54,187 nt of DNA from positions 1 through 54,187 of the forward strand of contig CAYZCS010000002.1 in NCBI GenBank assembly GCA_964476895.1, written 5' to 3'. Position numbers and translations under genes: made by a program. The notes below the pieces were generated by a model. That model searched no databases. It was not told the DNA's origin and saw only the letters and a list, made by a program, of their open reading frames with translations. Shown here in pieces: positions 43,422 through 53,126 of the stretch. Every line of letters starts with the position of its first letter. Within the stretch, counting starts at the first letter, position 1. This DNA comes from an uncultured Candidatus Saccharibacteria bacterium. Its GTDB lineage: Bacteria; Patescibacteriota; SICC01.

Positions 43422-43927
43422 CACGTCGCACCACCAACCGGCAGTCCGGACTCACCCTGATCGAGCTGATCGTGGCATTCAGTATCTTCATCCTCCTGGC
43501 CCTGGCCGCCGCCACGCTCTATTCGATCATCCTCAAGACGAGCCTCCAGGACCGGTTGGTGCAGGAGCTCCAACGCGACGTGGACGCCGTATCGGGGCAC
43601 CTGGCCGGCCATCTCAAACCGGCCGTCGGGGTGGTTTCACCGACCGTCTGCAACGTCCAGAACGCCGATGCTCTGACGGTTTCCCTTTCCGGAGGTCAGA
43701 CGCGCCGGTATGACATCTCCGAAAACCGGATCCGTTACACCGACGAGTCGGGTCAGAGCGAGATACTGCTCTCGCCCGGCACGACCGTCCAGGATCTCTC
43801 GTTCTTCCCCACCTGCACGAACGGCGCGCTGGCCGCGGTACGGGTAGACGGATCGCTCCGGCGCAGCAGCGGCGGGGAATCGGCCGACCTCACGCTCGAC
43901 ACTACGATAACCACGAGGTCACAATGA
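43418..43927 (+). CDS. type IV minor pilin / pseudopilin (PilW/GspJ-like)
   Basis: QSGLTLIELIVAFSIFILLALAA; ATGA overlap on both sides. Confidence 0.7.
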   Translation: MTRRTTNRQSGLTLIELIVAFSIFILLALAAATLYSIILKTSLQDRLVQELQRDVDAVSGHLAGHLKPAVGVVSPTVCNVQNADALTVSLSGGQTRRYDISENRIRYTDESGQSEILLSPGTTVQDLSFFPTCTNGALAAVRVDGSLRRSSGGESADLTLDTTITTRSQ

Positions 43928-45744
43928 GGTGCGCGGGCTTCCGACGGCTGACGGACCAGCGCGGCGTGATCGGCATCCTCGGCGTCGGCATGTATTCGGC
44001 GATCGTCGTGGTGATTGCCGCCGCGATGGTAACGACCTCGGTGATCAATTACCGCATCTCGAACCAGCGGGTCGGTTCCGTCCAGAGCCTCTACCACGCG
44101 GAGAGCGGCACCGAGGACGCCCTGCTCCAGATGAAGCGCAATGCGTCCTACGGAAGCACCAGCACGACGCTCACCACGACGTTCAGCGACACCGACCGGG
44201 TGGAAACGGTCGTCGAGACCGTCTCAACCGAAAGCTGCGAATCGGCGAAGCAAGTCACCGCCTCCGGATTCGTAAGGGATCTGGTCCGGCGGATCCAGGT
44301 AAGCAACTGTCCGATTCCTTCCGTGGAAGCGGATTTCGCCTACGCGCTGCAGGCCGGAGCGGGGGGTATCCACATGAATAACAATGCCATCATCCACGGC
44401 TCGTCCTACTCCAATGGGGACCATGTCGGCAACAACGGTGCACAGGTGACCGGCGACGTCTGGGTGGCCGGTGGAGCCGCGCTCGAGGCAACGCCGGAGC
44501 ACGTCCCGTCCGATCCCCTGGAATTCGTCTTCGGGCGTTCCACCAACCCGGACGTCATTGACGTCGCACAGCGCTTCAAGCCGGATACTTCCGCGAGCGA
44601 CAAGCTGATCAAGGTCGGCCTGCTGGTGCGAAAATTCGGCAATCCCGCGAACGCGACGGTCCGCATCGTCAGGGATGCCGGAGGCGAACCTTCGGGCGAT
44701 CAGGTTGCCAGCGGTACCCTGAGCGCCACCTCCGTCGGAAATACCTTGCAGTACATCCAAGTCAGCCTTTCGAATCCTCCGACGCTGGACGGTGGGCAGG
44801 ACTACTGGATCGTCATCGACACATCCGGATCCCCAAGCAACTACTGGGCCTGGGGAGGTCAGGACGGATATCCCGACGGACATGGGATGTTCTCAGATCG
44901 CTGGCGCTCGAACGGCAATCACGACTGGGAGGATGCGGATCTGGATTTCGGATTCAAGGCGTTCATGGGAAGCCCGCCGACCCGGGCGGAACGGTTGGAA
45001 ATCGGCGGTGACGTCCACGCCCATGAGATCAAGGATCTTGCCGTGACGGGCGATGCCTACTACCAGGTAGATGACGGCTCAAGCGTCGGCGGCACCCGCT
45101 TCCCCGACAGCGAGGATCCGCCGCAAAAGGATCTGCCGATCACCGAAGCCAACCTGGTCGATTTCAAGAACCAGGCGGCGGCCGGCGCGACACATACCGG
45201 TGATTACACGATTCCACTCGGACAGACCCGCACTATCGGCCCGATGAAAATCGAAGGCAACCTGAACGTGGAGAATGGCGCGACGTTGATCATGACCGGA
45301 ACCATCTGGACGACCGGCACCATCCTCTTCTCCAACAACGTCAATATCCTGCTTCACCCGGACTATGGCGGCTCCAGCGGAGCGATCGTCGCCGACGGGC
45401 AGGTAACTATCTCTAATAATGTCGAATTCGAGGGGAGCGGCGATCCGAACAGCTTCCTGTTGCTCGCCACCAGCGATGCTTCCGGAAATGCCATCCATTC
45501 CTCCAACAACTCGGACAGCATCGTCCTGGCCGCCCCCTTCGGCACCATCCAGATCAGTAACAACGGAGGGGCCAATGCGTTGACCGCCCAGCGGCTCCAG
45601 CTGAACAACAACGCGACGATCACGTACCTGACCGGTCTCGCCGATATCGATTTCTCGGCCGGTCCCGGGGGGAGCTTCTCCGCAGGTGGCTGGCAGGAAG
45701 TCGTCTGCGATACCGCGGACGGTCCCTGCCAGCCGGCTACGTGA
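43924..45744 (+). CDS. 606-aa PilX-N-domain pseudopilin with a large beta-helix-like C-terminal region (putative pilus tip/adhesin)
   Basis: N-terminal TM GVIGILGVGMYSAIVVVIAAAMV, then SLYHAESGTEDAL (PilX_N-like). Gly/Asn-rich repetitive segments follow (NNNAIIHGSSYSNGDHVGNNG, ISNNVEFEGSG, ISNNGGANALTA). Confidence 0.65.
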   Translation: MRCAGFRRLTDQRGVIGILGVGMYSAIVVVIAAAMVTTSVINYRISNQRVGSVQSLYHAESGTEDALLQMKRNASYGSTSTTLTTTFSDTDRVETVVETVSTESCESAKQVTASGFVRDLVRRIQVSNCPIPSVEADFAYALQAGAGGIHMNNNAIIHGSSYSNGDHVGNNGAQVTGDVWVAGGAALEATPEHVPSDPLEFVFGRSTNPDVIDVAQRFKPDTSASDKLIKVGLLVRKFGNPANATVRIVRDAGGEPSGDQVASGTLSATSVGNTLQYIQVSLSNPPTLDGGQDYWIVIDTSGSPSNYWAWGGQDGYPDGHGMFSDRWRSNGNHDWEDADLDFGFKAFMGSPPTRAERLEIGGDVHAHEIKDLAVTGDAYYQVDDGSSVGGTRFPDSEDPPQKDLPITEANLVDFKNQAAAGATHTGDYTIPLGQTRTIGPMKIEGNLNVENGATLIMTGTIWTTGTILFSNNVNILLHPDYGGSSGAIVADGQVTISNNVEFEGSGDPNSFLLLATSDASGNAIHSSNNSDSIVLAAPFGTIQISNNGGANALTAQRLQLNNNATITYLTGLADIDFSAGPGGSFSAGGWQEVVCDTADGPCQPAT

Positions 45745-45766
45745 GCCCGGCGGTCAAATCCTCAGG

Positions 45767-47644
45767 CTAGACTTCGATGATTACCGGAATCACCATCGGA
45801 CGGCGTTCCGTCTCGGCGTAGAGGAAGTCACCGAGGTCGTCGCGGACCTTGTTCTTGGTCGCCGACCATTCGCTCGGCCGCTTCTCCGCGCCCTTGAACA
45901 TCCGTTTGATCTCTCCGCGCACTTGGCCCAGGAGCTTTCCGGACTCCTTCAGATAGACGAAGCCGCGGGAGATGATGTCCGGGCTACCGACCAACTGGCC
46001 GCTGCGACGGTCCACCGTGATGATCGCCACGAGCATGCCGTCCTCGGCCATGTGCTGGCGGTCCCGCAGGACCACTTGGCCGATGTCGCCGACACCGAGG
46101 CCGTCCACGAGCACCAGGCCGCCGCCGGCGCGCTCCTTGGTGAGCTCCACCCGGTCGGGGCCTTTGACCTCGAGCACCCGGCCGTTGTCGAGGATGTGCA
46201 CGTTGGCCGGCGGGATGCCTTCCTCGTTCGCGATCCGTCCGTGCAGTACGCGCTTACGGTACTCGCCGTGGATCGGCATGAAGTGCTTCGGCCGAAGCAT
46301 CTGGATCATCTCGCGCAGCTCGTCCTGCTGGGCGTGTCCCGAGGTGTGGATGTCGTACATCTTGTTGTAGATCACGTCCGCGCCGAGCCGGAACAGGTCG
46401 TCCATCATGGATTCGACCGCGCGTTCGTTGCCGGGTACCGGCGAACTGGAAAGGATCACCGTATCACCCTGCTTGATCTGGATCTGTGCGTGCTCGCCGG
46501 TGGACATCCGGAGCAGCGCCGAGAACTCGGTCGCCTGCGAGCCGGTGCAGATCACCAGGAGCTCCCGGTCGGGGATGCCCTTGAGCTTCCGCACGTCCAC
46601 CAGGATCCCCTTGGGGATCTTGATGTACCCGAGCCGTTGGCAGATCTCGACGTTCTTGAGCATGGAGCGGCCGACGATGCAGACCTTCCGGCCGTTCTTC
46701 TCGGCCGCGTCGATCGCCTCCTGGAGCCGTGACACGAGCGAGGCGAACGTTGACATGATCACCCGGCCCTTGGCCTTGGAGATCTGTTCGACCAGGTTCT
46801 TCTCGATCTCGATCTCGGAGACGGTCCGGCCGGGCTTCTCCACGTTGGTGGAGTCGTTCATCGCGAGCAGCACGCCGTGCTCGCCGATCCGCTTGATCTT
46901 GTCGAATTCCGCCGGCGTATCGGCGATCGGGGTCTTGTCGAACTTGAAGTCGCCGGAGTGCGTCACGACGCCGAGTGGCGTGGTGATCGCGAATCCGACT
47001 CCTTCGGGAATGTTGTGATTGATGTGGAAGGCCTCGACCGTGAAGACGCCCGCCTTGATCTTGTCGTCGAACTTGAACGGGGTGACCTGCACCCGCCGGT
47101 CGAGCTTGTGCTCCTCCAGCTGCGCCTTGATGAAGCCGTCGGCCAGCCGGGTCGCGTAGACCGGCGGGAAGCCGAGCTTCGGCACCAGGTACGGCGCGCC
47201 GCCGATGTGGTCGAGGTGGGCATGGGTGATGAAGATGCCGCGGATCCGGTCCTTCCGGGCCTCGAGGTACGAGACGTCCGGGATGACGAGGTCCACGCCC
47301 GGCATCGTCTGGTCGGGGAACATCAGGCCGACATCGATGATGATGATGTCGTTGCCGTATTCCAGGGCCATGCAGTTCAGGCCGATCTCGCCGAGGCCAC
47401 CCATCGGGATGACCCGCAGATGGTTCGGTCCCGGCGGTGCCGGCTTTCCGGTCGGCGGGGCCACTGGTCCGATCAGCGGTCCGTTGGAGCGACGGGGCGG
47501 TCCCCCGCGGCGGCGTCCGCCGCCGCGTGACGGGCGATTGCGCCGCTGGCCACCCTGGCCGCCTTGGCCACCCCCTTGGCCGCCGGAGCGGCGGGGCCGC
47601 TTCGAGCGGTCGTTGTTGTTTGATTGTCGTGGTTGTTGATTCAT
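45767..47644 (-). CDS. rnj: ribonuclease J with an Arg/Gly-rich N-terminal extension
   Basis: ITHAHLDHIGG MBL motif, beta-CASP region, and C-terminal domain. The N-terminus is SGGQGGGQGGQGGQRRNRPSRGGGRRRGGPPRR. Confidence 0.93.
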   Translation of the reverse strand: MNQQPRQSNNNDRSKRPRRSGGQGGGQGGQGGQRRNRPSRGGGRRRGGPPRRSNGPLIGPVAPPTGKPAPPGPNHLRVIPMGGLGEIGLNCMALEYGNDIIIIDVGLMFPDQTMPGVDLVIPDVSYLEARKDRIRGIFITHAHLDHIGGAPYLVPKLGFPPVYATRLADGFIKAQLEEHKLDRRVQVTPFKFDDKIKAGVFTVEAFHINHNIPEGVGFAITTPLGVVTHSGDFKFDKTPIADTPAEFDKIKRIGEHGVLLAMNDSTNVEKPGRTVSEIEIEKNLVEQISKAKGRVIMSTFASLVSRLQEAIDAAEKNGRKVCIVGRSMLKNVEICQRLGYIKIPKGILVDVRKLKGIPDRELLVICTGSQATEFSALLRMSTGEHAQIQIKQGDTVILSSSPVPGNERAVESMMDDLFRLGADVIYNKMYDIHTSGHAQQDELREMIQMLRPKHFMPIHGEYRKRVLHGRIANEEGIPPANVHILDNGRVLEVKGPDRVELTKERAGGGLVLVDGLGVGDIGQVVLRDRQHMAEDGMLVAIITVDRRSGQLVGSPDIISRGFVYLKESGKLLGQVRGEIKRMFKGAEKRPSEWSATKNKVRDDLGDFLYAETERRPMVIPVIIEV

Positions 47645-47645
47645 A

Positions 47646-48356
47646 TCAGAGTAAATTTCCTTGGTTGTTGTTGGTAGTTTGCCGGGTTGCGGGCGCCTTG
47701 GCGCCGCTTCCCAGGTCGGCAGGTGTGCCTGCCTTCGGTTCCAGCTTCAGCTTGAACGCCGGCTCGATCACCGGTTCCTGCGCCGGTTGCTGCTTGATCT
47801 TCTCCAGCAGCTTGGGAATCTGCTTGAAGTCGTCGAAGAGCGTCTGACGGAGCGAGCCCGTGTACAGCGCTGCCGCGGGGTGGTACACCGGCAGGTATAC
47901 CTGCCCGCGGAAGCGCTTGGCCCGTCCGTGGTCGGCCGAGATCCGGAGGTCCGGGAGGAACCAGTCCATCGCATGACGACCCAGCAGCACCAGCAGCTTC
48001 GGACGGATGTTCGCGATCTGATCACGCAGCCAGGGCCAGGAGTGGTCGATCTCATCCGGCTTCGGGTCGCGGTTTCCCGGCGGACGTGCCTTCAGCACGT
48101 TGGTGATGAACACGTCCTCGCGCTGCAAGCCGATGGAAGCGATCAATTCGTCGAGGAGCTTCCCGGCTGCTCCGACGAACGGACGCCCCTGGAGGTCCTC
48201 GTTCTTCCCCGGCCCCTCACCGATGAACATGATCTCGGCACTGGGATTTCCTTCGCCCGGCACCGGGTTCGTGCAAGCTTCGCACGGCTCGAAGCCACAC
48301 CCGCGATGGCTGCGGATTTCTTCGGCGATCTGGTCCAGTGACTTACTCGGTTTCAA
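47646..48356 (-). CDS. family 4 uracil-DNA glycosylase with a ~45-aa C-terminal extension
   Basis: CGFEPCEAC, FIGEGPGKNED, RPFVGAAG and HPAAALY motifs. Confidence 0.88.
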   Translation of the reverse strand: MKPSKSLDQIAEEIRSHRGCGFEPCEACTNPVPGEGNPSAEIMFIGEGPGKNEDLQGRPFVGAAGKLLDELIASIGLQREDVFITNVLKARPPGNRDPKPDEIDHSWPWLRDQIANIRPKLLVLLGRHAMDWFLPDLRISADHGRAKRFRGQVYLPVYHPAAALYTGSLRQTLFDDFKQIPKLLEKIKQQPAQEPVIEPAFKLKLEPKAGTPADLGSGAKAPATRQTTNNNQGNLL

Positions 48357-48850
48357 ACATTCTTCAGTTCCGCCCGGCCGCTGGCCGTGTCATACACGGC
48401 GTATCCGGGACGCGCGCCGAAACGTCCTTGTACGTCGCCTGGATTGACCAGCAACGTATCCTCCTTGGAAAGGAGGCGCGGTTCATGCGTGTGCCCGAAG
48501 CAGATGACGTCGAAGTCTTCCTGGAGAAGGACCTCGGCGTGGCGGGGCTTGTGAGTGAAGGCGATCCGCTTGTCATCAAGCGTGAGCCTTCCTGTTAAGT
48601 GATGATAGTGTACCCCATCGAGTGATTCTTTGTCAATGAAGCACTTTATCGATTCGCCGGAATCGCAATTGCCGGCGACGAGGTGGATTGGCGTTCCCGG
48701 AAAGGCCTGAGTAATGGGAAGCAGTACCGTCGGCTCGGTCAGGTCGCCCAGGCAGAGGATCAGATCCGGATGCGCGGCATGCATTTCCGAAAGCACCCGC
48801 CCGAGATTGGTCCGGTTGTCGTGGATGTCACCGAGGATACCGATGCGCAT
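48353..48850 (-). CDS. metallophosphoesterase (YfcE/MJ0936 family)
   Basis: MRIGILGDIHDN, LGD, GNCD and GHTH motifs. ATGA overlap with the UDG gene. Confidence 0.85.
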   Translation of the reverse strand: MRIGILGDIHDNRTNLGRVLSEMHAAHPDLILCLGDLTEPTVLLPITQAFPGTPIHLVAGNCDSGESIKCFIDKESLDGVHYHHLTGRLTLDDKRIAFTHKPRHAEVLLQEDFDVICFGHTHEPRLLSKEDTLLVNPGDVQGRFGARPGYAVYDTASGRAELKNV

Positions 48851-48861
48851 CGCGGCATCGG

Positions 48862-49491
48862 CTACTTCAGGGAGTCTCGGACGGCCTGGTGGAGTCCGGT
48901 GGTCGGCACCGGCTGTCCGTTCACGAAGAAGCTCGGCGTGGAATTGACGCCGAGCGCCAGGCCGTCCTGCCGGTCGCGTTCGATCTTATCCTGGTACTGT
49001 TTGCTCTCCACGGCCTGTGTGATGGCACTGCCATCGAGCTGGAGCGCCTCACCGTACTGCACGAAGAGCTGGACCAGGGAGCCCCCCGTGGCGTCGCTCC
49101 AAGAGCCCTGCTGGGCGAAAAGGGTGTCGGCATATTCGAAGAACTTGCCTTGGGCGTGGGCCGCCTCGGCGGCATTCGCGGCGGCCTCGGCGTTGGCATG
49201 GCTATCCAAAGGGAAATGCCGCCAGACCACGTTCACCTGATCGCCGAATTCATCTTTGATTTGCTGGACCGTGGCGTTGGCGCCGGCACAGGCCGGACAC
49301 TGCAGGTCACCGAACTCGACCACCGTCACCGCGGCCTCGGGATTGGACTGGATCGAATCGTCACGCACGAGCGTGCCGGGATCGGAAACCTCGGAAGCTT
49401 CCCGGGACGAACCGTTCACTACCAGCAGTACGCTTACCGCGACGGTAATCACGGCGGCGATGGCGATCATGACTTTCGATTCGGTGTTCAT
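48862..49491 (-). CDS. DsbA-like thiol:disulfide oxidoreductase, membrane-anchored
   Basis: N-terminal TM, VVEFGDLQCPAC (CxxC), thioredoxin fold length. Confidence 0.85.
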   Translation of the reverse strand: MNTESKVMIAIAAVITVAVSVLLVVNGSSREASEVSDPGTLVRDDSIQSNPEAAVTVVEFGDLQCPACAGANATVQQIKDEFGDQVNVVWRHFPLDSHANAEAAANAAEAAHAQGKFFEYADTLFAQQGSWSDATGGSLVQLFVQYGEALQLDGSAITQAVESKQYQDKIERDRQDGLALGVNSTPSFFVNGQPVPTTGLHQAVRDSLK

Positions 49492-49934
49492 CTCCTAGCC
49501 GCTTTCCAAAGTAGCATCATGCACCCGATGATTACCAGGAACGATGTCAGCGAAAGCAACGGTATCGTGATGAATCCCAGATACTCGATGTATTCGGTCG
49601 TGCAGGATACGCCGGCCCGGCAGGTCTGCTCCGATTCGGGAAACACGCCGTAGTAGAGCAGTACGTGATACAGCGCGATCAGGGCGCCGATGATCGCCAG
49701 CGGCAGGGCATACTGGTACATCTTCGCGTCCCGGCGCAGGATGCCGACCGCCAGGATCACGACCAGCGGGTACATCGCGATCCGCTGATACCAGCAGAGC
49801 AGGCACGGCAGGTAGCCCGCGGCCTCGCTGAAGTAGAGACTGCCGGACGTCGCGGCCAGCGCCTGCGCCCAGGCCACGTACGCCGCCGGATGGGTCGGAT
49901 TCGACCGGACCGGATTGGTGTTTTGTTTCGCCAT
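49488..49934 (-). CDS. disulfide bond formation protein B (DsbB/BdbC family)
   Basis: LPCLLCWYQRIAMYP motif, four TMs, second Cys pair CRAGVSC. The ATG at 49934 is chosen over the longer ORF. ATGA overlap with the DsbA-like gene. Confidence 0.85.
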   Translation of the reverse strand: MAKQNTNPVRSNPTHPAAYVAWAQALAATSGSLYFSEAAGYLPCLLCWYQRIAMYPLVVILAVGILRRDAKMYQYALPLAIIGALIALYHVLLYYGVFPESEQTCRAGVSCTTEYIEYLGFITIPLLSLTSFLVIIGCMMLLWKAARR

Positions 49935-49947
49935 TGGTCTTAGCGTA

Positions 49948-50841
49948 TCAGCGGGCGGCCGCACCGGCGAGCCGGCGGAGCGTGGCCAGGTTCCGGGCAT
50001 CCGCGTCGATGGACGGTGCGCCCTTGGCCTTCGGCAGACGCGTGGCTTCTCCCCAACCTTCCTTCGGCGTTTCCAACACGAAGTCCATGTTCCTCAGCCG
50101 GGAGTCACGGAGCAGGTTCCGGAACGCGGCCTCACCGATCCGCCCTTGGCCAATGTGAAAGTGCCGGTCCAGCCCCTGGCCGAGGTCGGACTGGGTGTCG
50201 TTCAGGTGGACCACTTTCAGCTTCCGGATCCCCACCGTTTTCGCGAAGCGGTCGAGAACCTTGGTAGCACCGCTCCCGCGGATATCGAATCCCGCGGTAT
50301 ACAGGTGGCACGTGTCGAGGCAGACGCCGAGCCGGGACGACTCGCCGACGCCGTCCAGAATGTCCCTGATCTGCTCGAAGGTACCGCCGACCCGCTTATC
50401 ACTGGCCGAAACCTCGAGCAACAGCCGGCAGTTCGTCGGGCCTGACTTCTTGAACGCCTCCTTGATGGTCTTGACCGTATGTGCCGTGCTCACGTCAGGG
50501 TCATCCGCATCGACGGAGCCGCCGAAGTGCACGACGACGCCATCGGCACCGAGCAGGTCCCCTTTCACCAGGTCGGCGGCCGCGACTTCCGCGGCGATCC
50601 GACGGTTCCGGGCATCGCTCGCGCCGACCTGCACGTAGTAGGGGGCATGGATGAACAGCTTCGCCCTGCGTCGCTTGAGACCGGCACGGAATGCGGCGGC
50701 ATCCTCGGGCGATATCTTCGTCTCCCCGCGACCACGGGGGTTGCGGGCGAAGATTTGGATCGCCGTCGCATCGAGGGCATCGGCCTGCTTCAACAAGCGA
50801 GACAGTCCCTTGGCGACCGAAAGGTGTGCGCCAAGCCGCAT
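49948..50841 (-). CDS. nfo: deoxyribonuclease IV (endonuclease IV)
   Basis: MRLGAHLS, IHAPYY, CLDTCH and HLNDT motifs; TIM barrel length. Confidence 0.92.
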   Translation of the reverse strand: MRLGAHLSVAKGLSRLLKQADALDATAIQIFARNPRGRGETKISPEDAAAFRAGLKRRRAKLFIHAPYYVQVGASDARNRRIAAEVAAADLVKGDLLGADGVVVHFGGSVDADDPDVSTAHTVKTIKEAFKKSGPTNCRLLLEVSASDKRVGGTFEQIRDILDGVGESSRLGVCLDTCHLYTAGFDIRGSGATKVLDRFAKTVGIRKLKVVHLNDTQSDLGQGLDRHFHIGQGRIGEAAFRNLLRDSRLRNMDFVLETPKEGWGEATRLPKAKGAPSIDADARNLATLRRLAGAAAR

Positions 50842-52406
50842 CAGCGCTCCGCGAACGTCACGAACCCGGAAAGCACTCCGCTCTCCTTATCCAGGGTGAA
50901 CTCGCCCTCCGCCGGACGGGTCGCCAGGATCCAGTCGTAAATCGCATCCTCATCGCCGGTCAACGTCTTTGCCTTCGAGAAGTCCAGGCGGACGGCAAGC
51001 TGTCCTTCGCCGTCGACGGTATCCGCCGGTTGCCGGATCGTCCGGACCAAGCGGGCGACGCTTTGCTCGCTATCGCCGAGCAGCAGGAACCGGTCACGGA
51101 CCTGCCAGACTATCCGGCCGAGTTCCGGCAGCTTGACCGCCTTGGCCGGCTGGTCTTCCACTTCCACCGCGCCGAACTTCAGCCGCTCCTGTTTTTCCGA
51201 TTCGATCTCGCGTGAGCGGGAACCGTCCGGCAGCACCTTGATTACTTCCCGACGGACCGGCACGGTCAGCTTCTCCCGAGCCAGTTGCTCGAAACCATCG
51301 ACCTTAGTGCGGGCCACTTCCGGACCCTCGAACTCCAATAACGTCATCCAGCGTTTCGATTCTCCGTCCGCGAATCGCGCGTACGTGAACCGCCCGTCGG
51401 CAGCAGCCAGGTAATCGGTCTCCAGGTCCACCCCAAGCCGGCGGTCCAGTGACGCGATCCCGTTCTGCAGCTTGATCACTTCCGGAAGCGCCCGTTCGCT
51501 GCGCTGTGCTTCGAGCAGCTGGAGATACCGGAGCACGTTCGTACCGGATATGCCGAACGTCGCCTGTTCGGAGCCGGGCAACAGGCTACCGGAGGCAGCG
51601 GGTAACGATACGGCGACCTCGGGCGGATCCGCGCTGATCGCCTGCAGACGCAGGTGTTCATCTTCGTCCCGGATGGCTACGCCGACCAGCGAGAATCCCA
51701 GCCGGGGATAGCGATCCGCCAGGCGGCCGTCCAGGAAGACGTACGCATCCGCCCCGCCCGGCAACCTTCCGGAGACATCCTCAAACGTCGCGGTCGCATC
51801 GAACCCCTGCTGTTGAGCGAGCGCATCCAGTATCGGCTCGGGATCGGTCGCGATGAAAAGCAGGTCGTCCTCACGGTACGCGAAGACGGTCCGGTCCGAT
51901 TCCGCCAGTTTCGCGCTGAAGAACGGCACGCGGCCCCGTTCGGCCGACTCCGCGTGGGCGATGCCCGGGTCCTCCAGCCGTGCCCCGACCTTCCCGGAGA
52001 GCTCCTCGAACGACGCCTGGTCTCTGATCGTCACCACGGCCAGGGAATGCCCGTGCACGTCCGCGAACGCGACCTCCGGCCCGAGCGCCGTGGCGAACAG
52101 TTCGGCCGGCGCCGCATCCCGGAGCGTTGCGACCAGTGATTCGACACCGGCGGGATAGATGTTCGCCGACTGGCCCACCTGTTCGAGGGTGTCCAGGTCG
52201 ATCGCGGAAAGCTTGGCTACTCCGGCGATCCGGCTGTCCCGGGGAAGTTCCGCCAGCAGCGCCTGGCTCACCGACGCGCGCATCACCGCGAGCCAGAACC
52301 ACATGCCGAGCAGAATCAGCGCGACGCCCGCTACCAGGGCCGGCCAAAACCGCACCTTGTGCAAGGAGCCGGGCAACCGTCGCATTTTCCGGGCGGTTCG
52401 TACCAT
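50841..52406 (-). CDS. 521-aa N-terminally anchored extracytoplasmic protein of unknown function (DUF3352-like by resemblance)
   Basis: TM FWPALVAGVALILLGMWFWLAV. Its stop overlaps the nfo start by 1 nt. Strong G/C third-position bias. Confidence 0.6.
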   Translation of the reverse strand: MVRTARKMRRLPGSLHKVRFWPALVAGVALILLGMWFWLAVMRASVSQALLAELPRDSRIAGVAKLSAIDLDTLEQVGQSANIYPAGVESLVATLRDAAPAELFATALGPEVAFADVHGHSLAVVTIRDQASFEELSGKVGARLEDPGIAHAESAERGRVPFFSAKLAESDRTVFAYREDDLLFIATDPEPILDALAQQQGFDATATFEDVSGRLPGGADAYVFLDGRLADRYPRLGFSLVGVAIRDEDEHLRLQAISADPPEVAVSLPAASGSLLPGSEQATFGISGTNVLRYLQLLEAQRSERALPEVIKLQNGIASLDRRLGVDLETDYLAAADGRFTYARFADGESKRWMTLLEFEGPEVARTKVDGFEQLAREKLTVPVRREVIKVLPDGSRSREIESEKQERLKFGAVEVEDQPAKAVKLPELGRIVWQVRDRFLLLGDSEQSVARLVRTIRQPADTVDGEGQLAVRLDFSKAKTLTGDEDAIYDWILATRPAEGEFTLDKESGVLSGFVTFAER

Positions 52407-52430
52407 CCGGGGTATTGTAGCAAGATTATG

Positions 52431-53054
52431 CTAGTTTGCCCTGGGGCGATTGAATCCTTCGACGACGGCGGTGAGCATCCTGCGCAAATCCCTGACCTCA
52501 TCGGCATCGGCTTCGGTCGCGGAATCATCCCACCGGTGCAGGACCTCGTGGGTCTCGTTGTGGATTTCGGCGAGAAGATCCCTCCGTTTCCAGATGGAAT
52601 ACTTCCGCGGACGTGCGTGCGGGTCCTGATCCATCCGGCTCGGATCCAACGTCACTTCCTCCCGGACATACCGCTGGTATCGCACGGTGCGTGAGCGCTC
52701 GTCTTGTTTTTCGACCTGCGGATCTTCGAACTTGATGGCCTCCGCGCCGCCGGCCGGACCGGCGACGATGCTGAATTTCCGATTCGTCGCAGGATCGCGA
52801 TAGGTGTATTGCTCGGGTGGGATCATCAAGTCGCCGGCATCTTCCGCAAGTTTGCCGTGTTCACCGTACTGGATGCCTCGTACCCGCAACGCCTCCTCGT
52901 CGAGGGCCGCCTCGTGCAGTGCCGCGTCGAGGAGCTGATCGTCACCGAGGACATCGGGGGGCGTGTGCGCGGCGGCTTCATCCGACAGCACCAGCCGCAG
53001 CCGTTCCGGAGCGACCTTTCCTTCCCCATGATCTGGCGCCTGGGCTGCTTCCAT
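52431..53054 (-). CDS. 207-aa acidic hypothetical protein
   Basis: Single long ORF with coding-like third-position bias. No motif recognised. Confidence 0.5.
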   Translation of the reverse strand: MEAAQAPDHGEGKVAPERLRLVLSDEAAAHTPPDVLGDDQLLDAALHEAALDEEALRVRGIQYGEHGKLAEDAGDLMIPPEQYTYRDPATNRKFSIVAGPAGGAEAIKFEDPQVEKQDERSRTVRYQRYVREEVTLDPSRMDQDPHARPRKYSIWKRRDLLAEIHNETHEVLHRWDDSATEADADEVRDLRRMLTAVVEGFNRPRAN

Positions 53055-53126
53055 GATGCTCCAGACTATGCCAGAATCCCCGCCGTAGTCAATGGACGAA
53101 CGGCGGGGATTTGGGTTACTGGCGTG

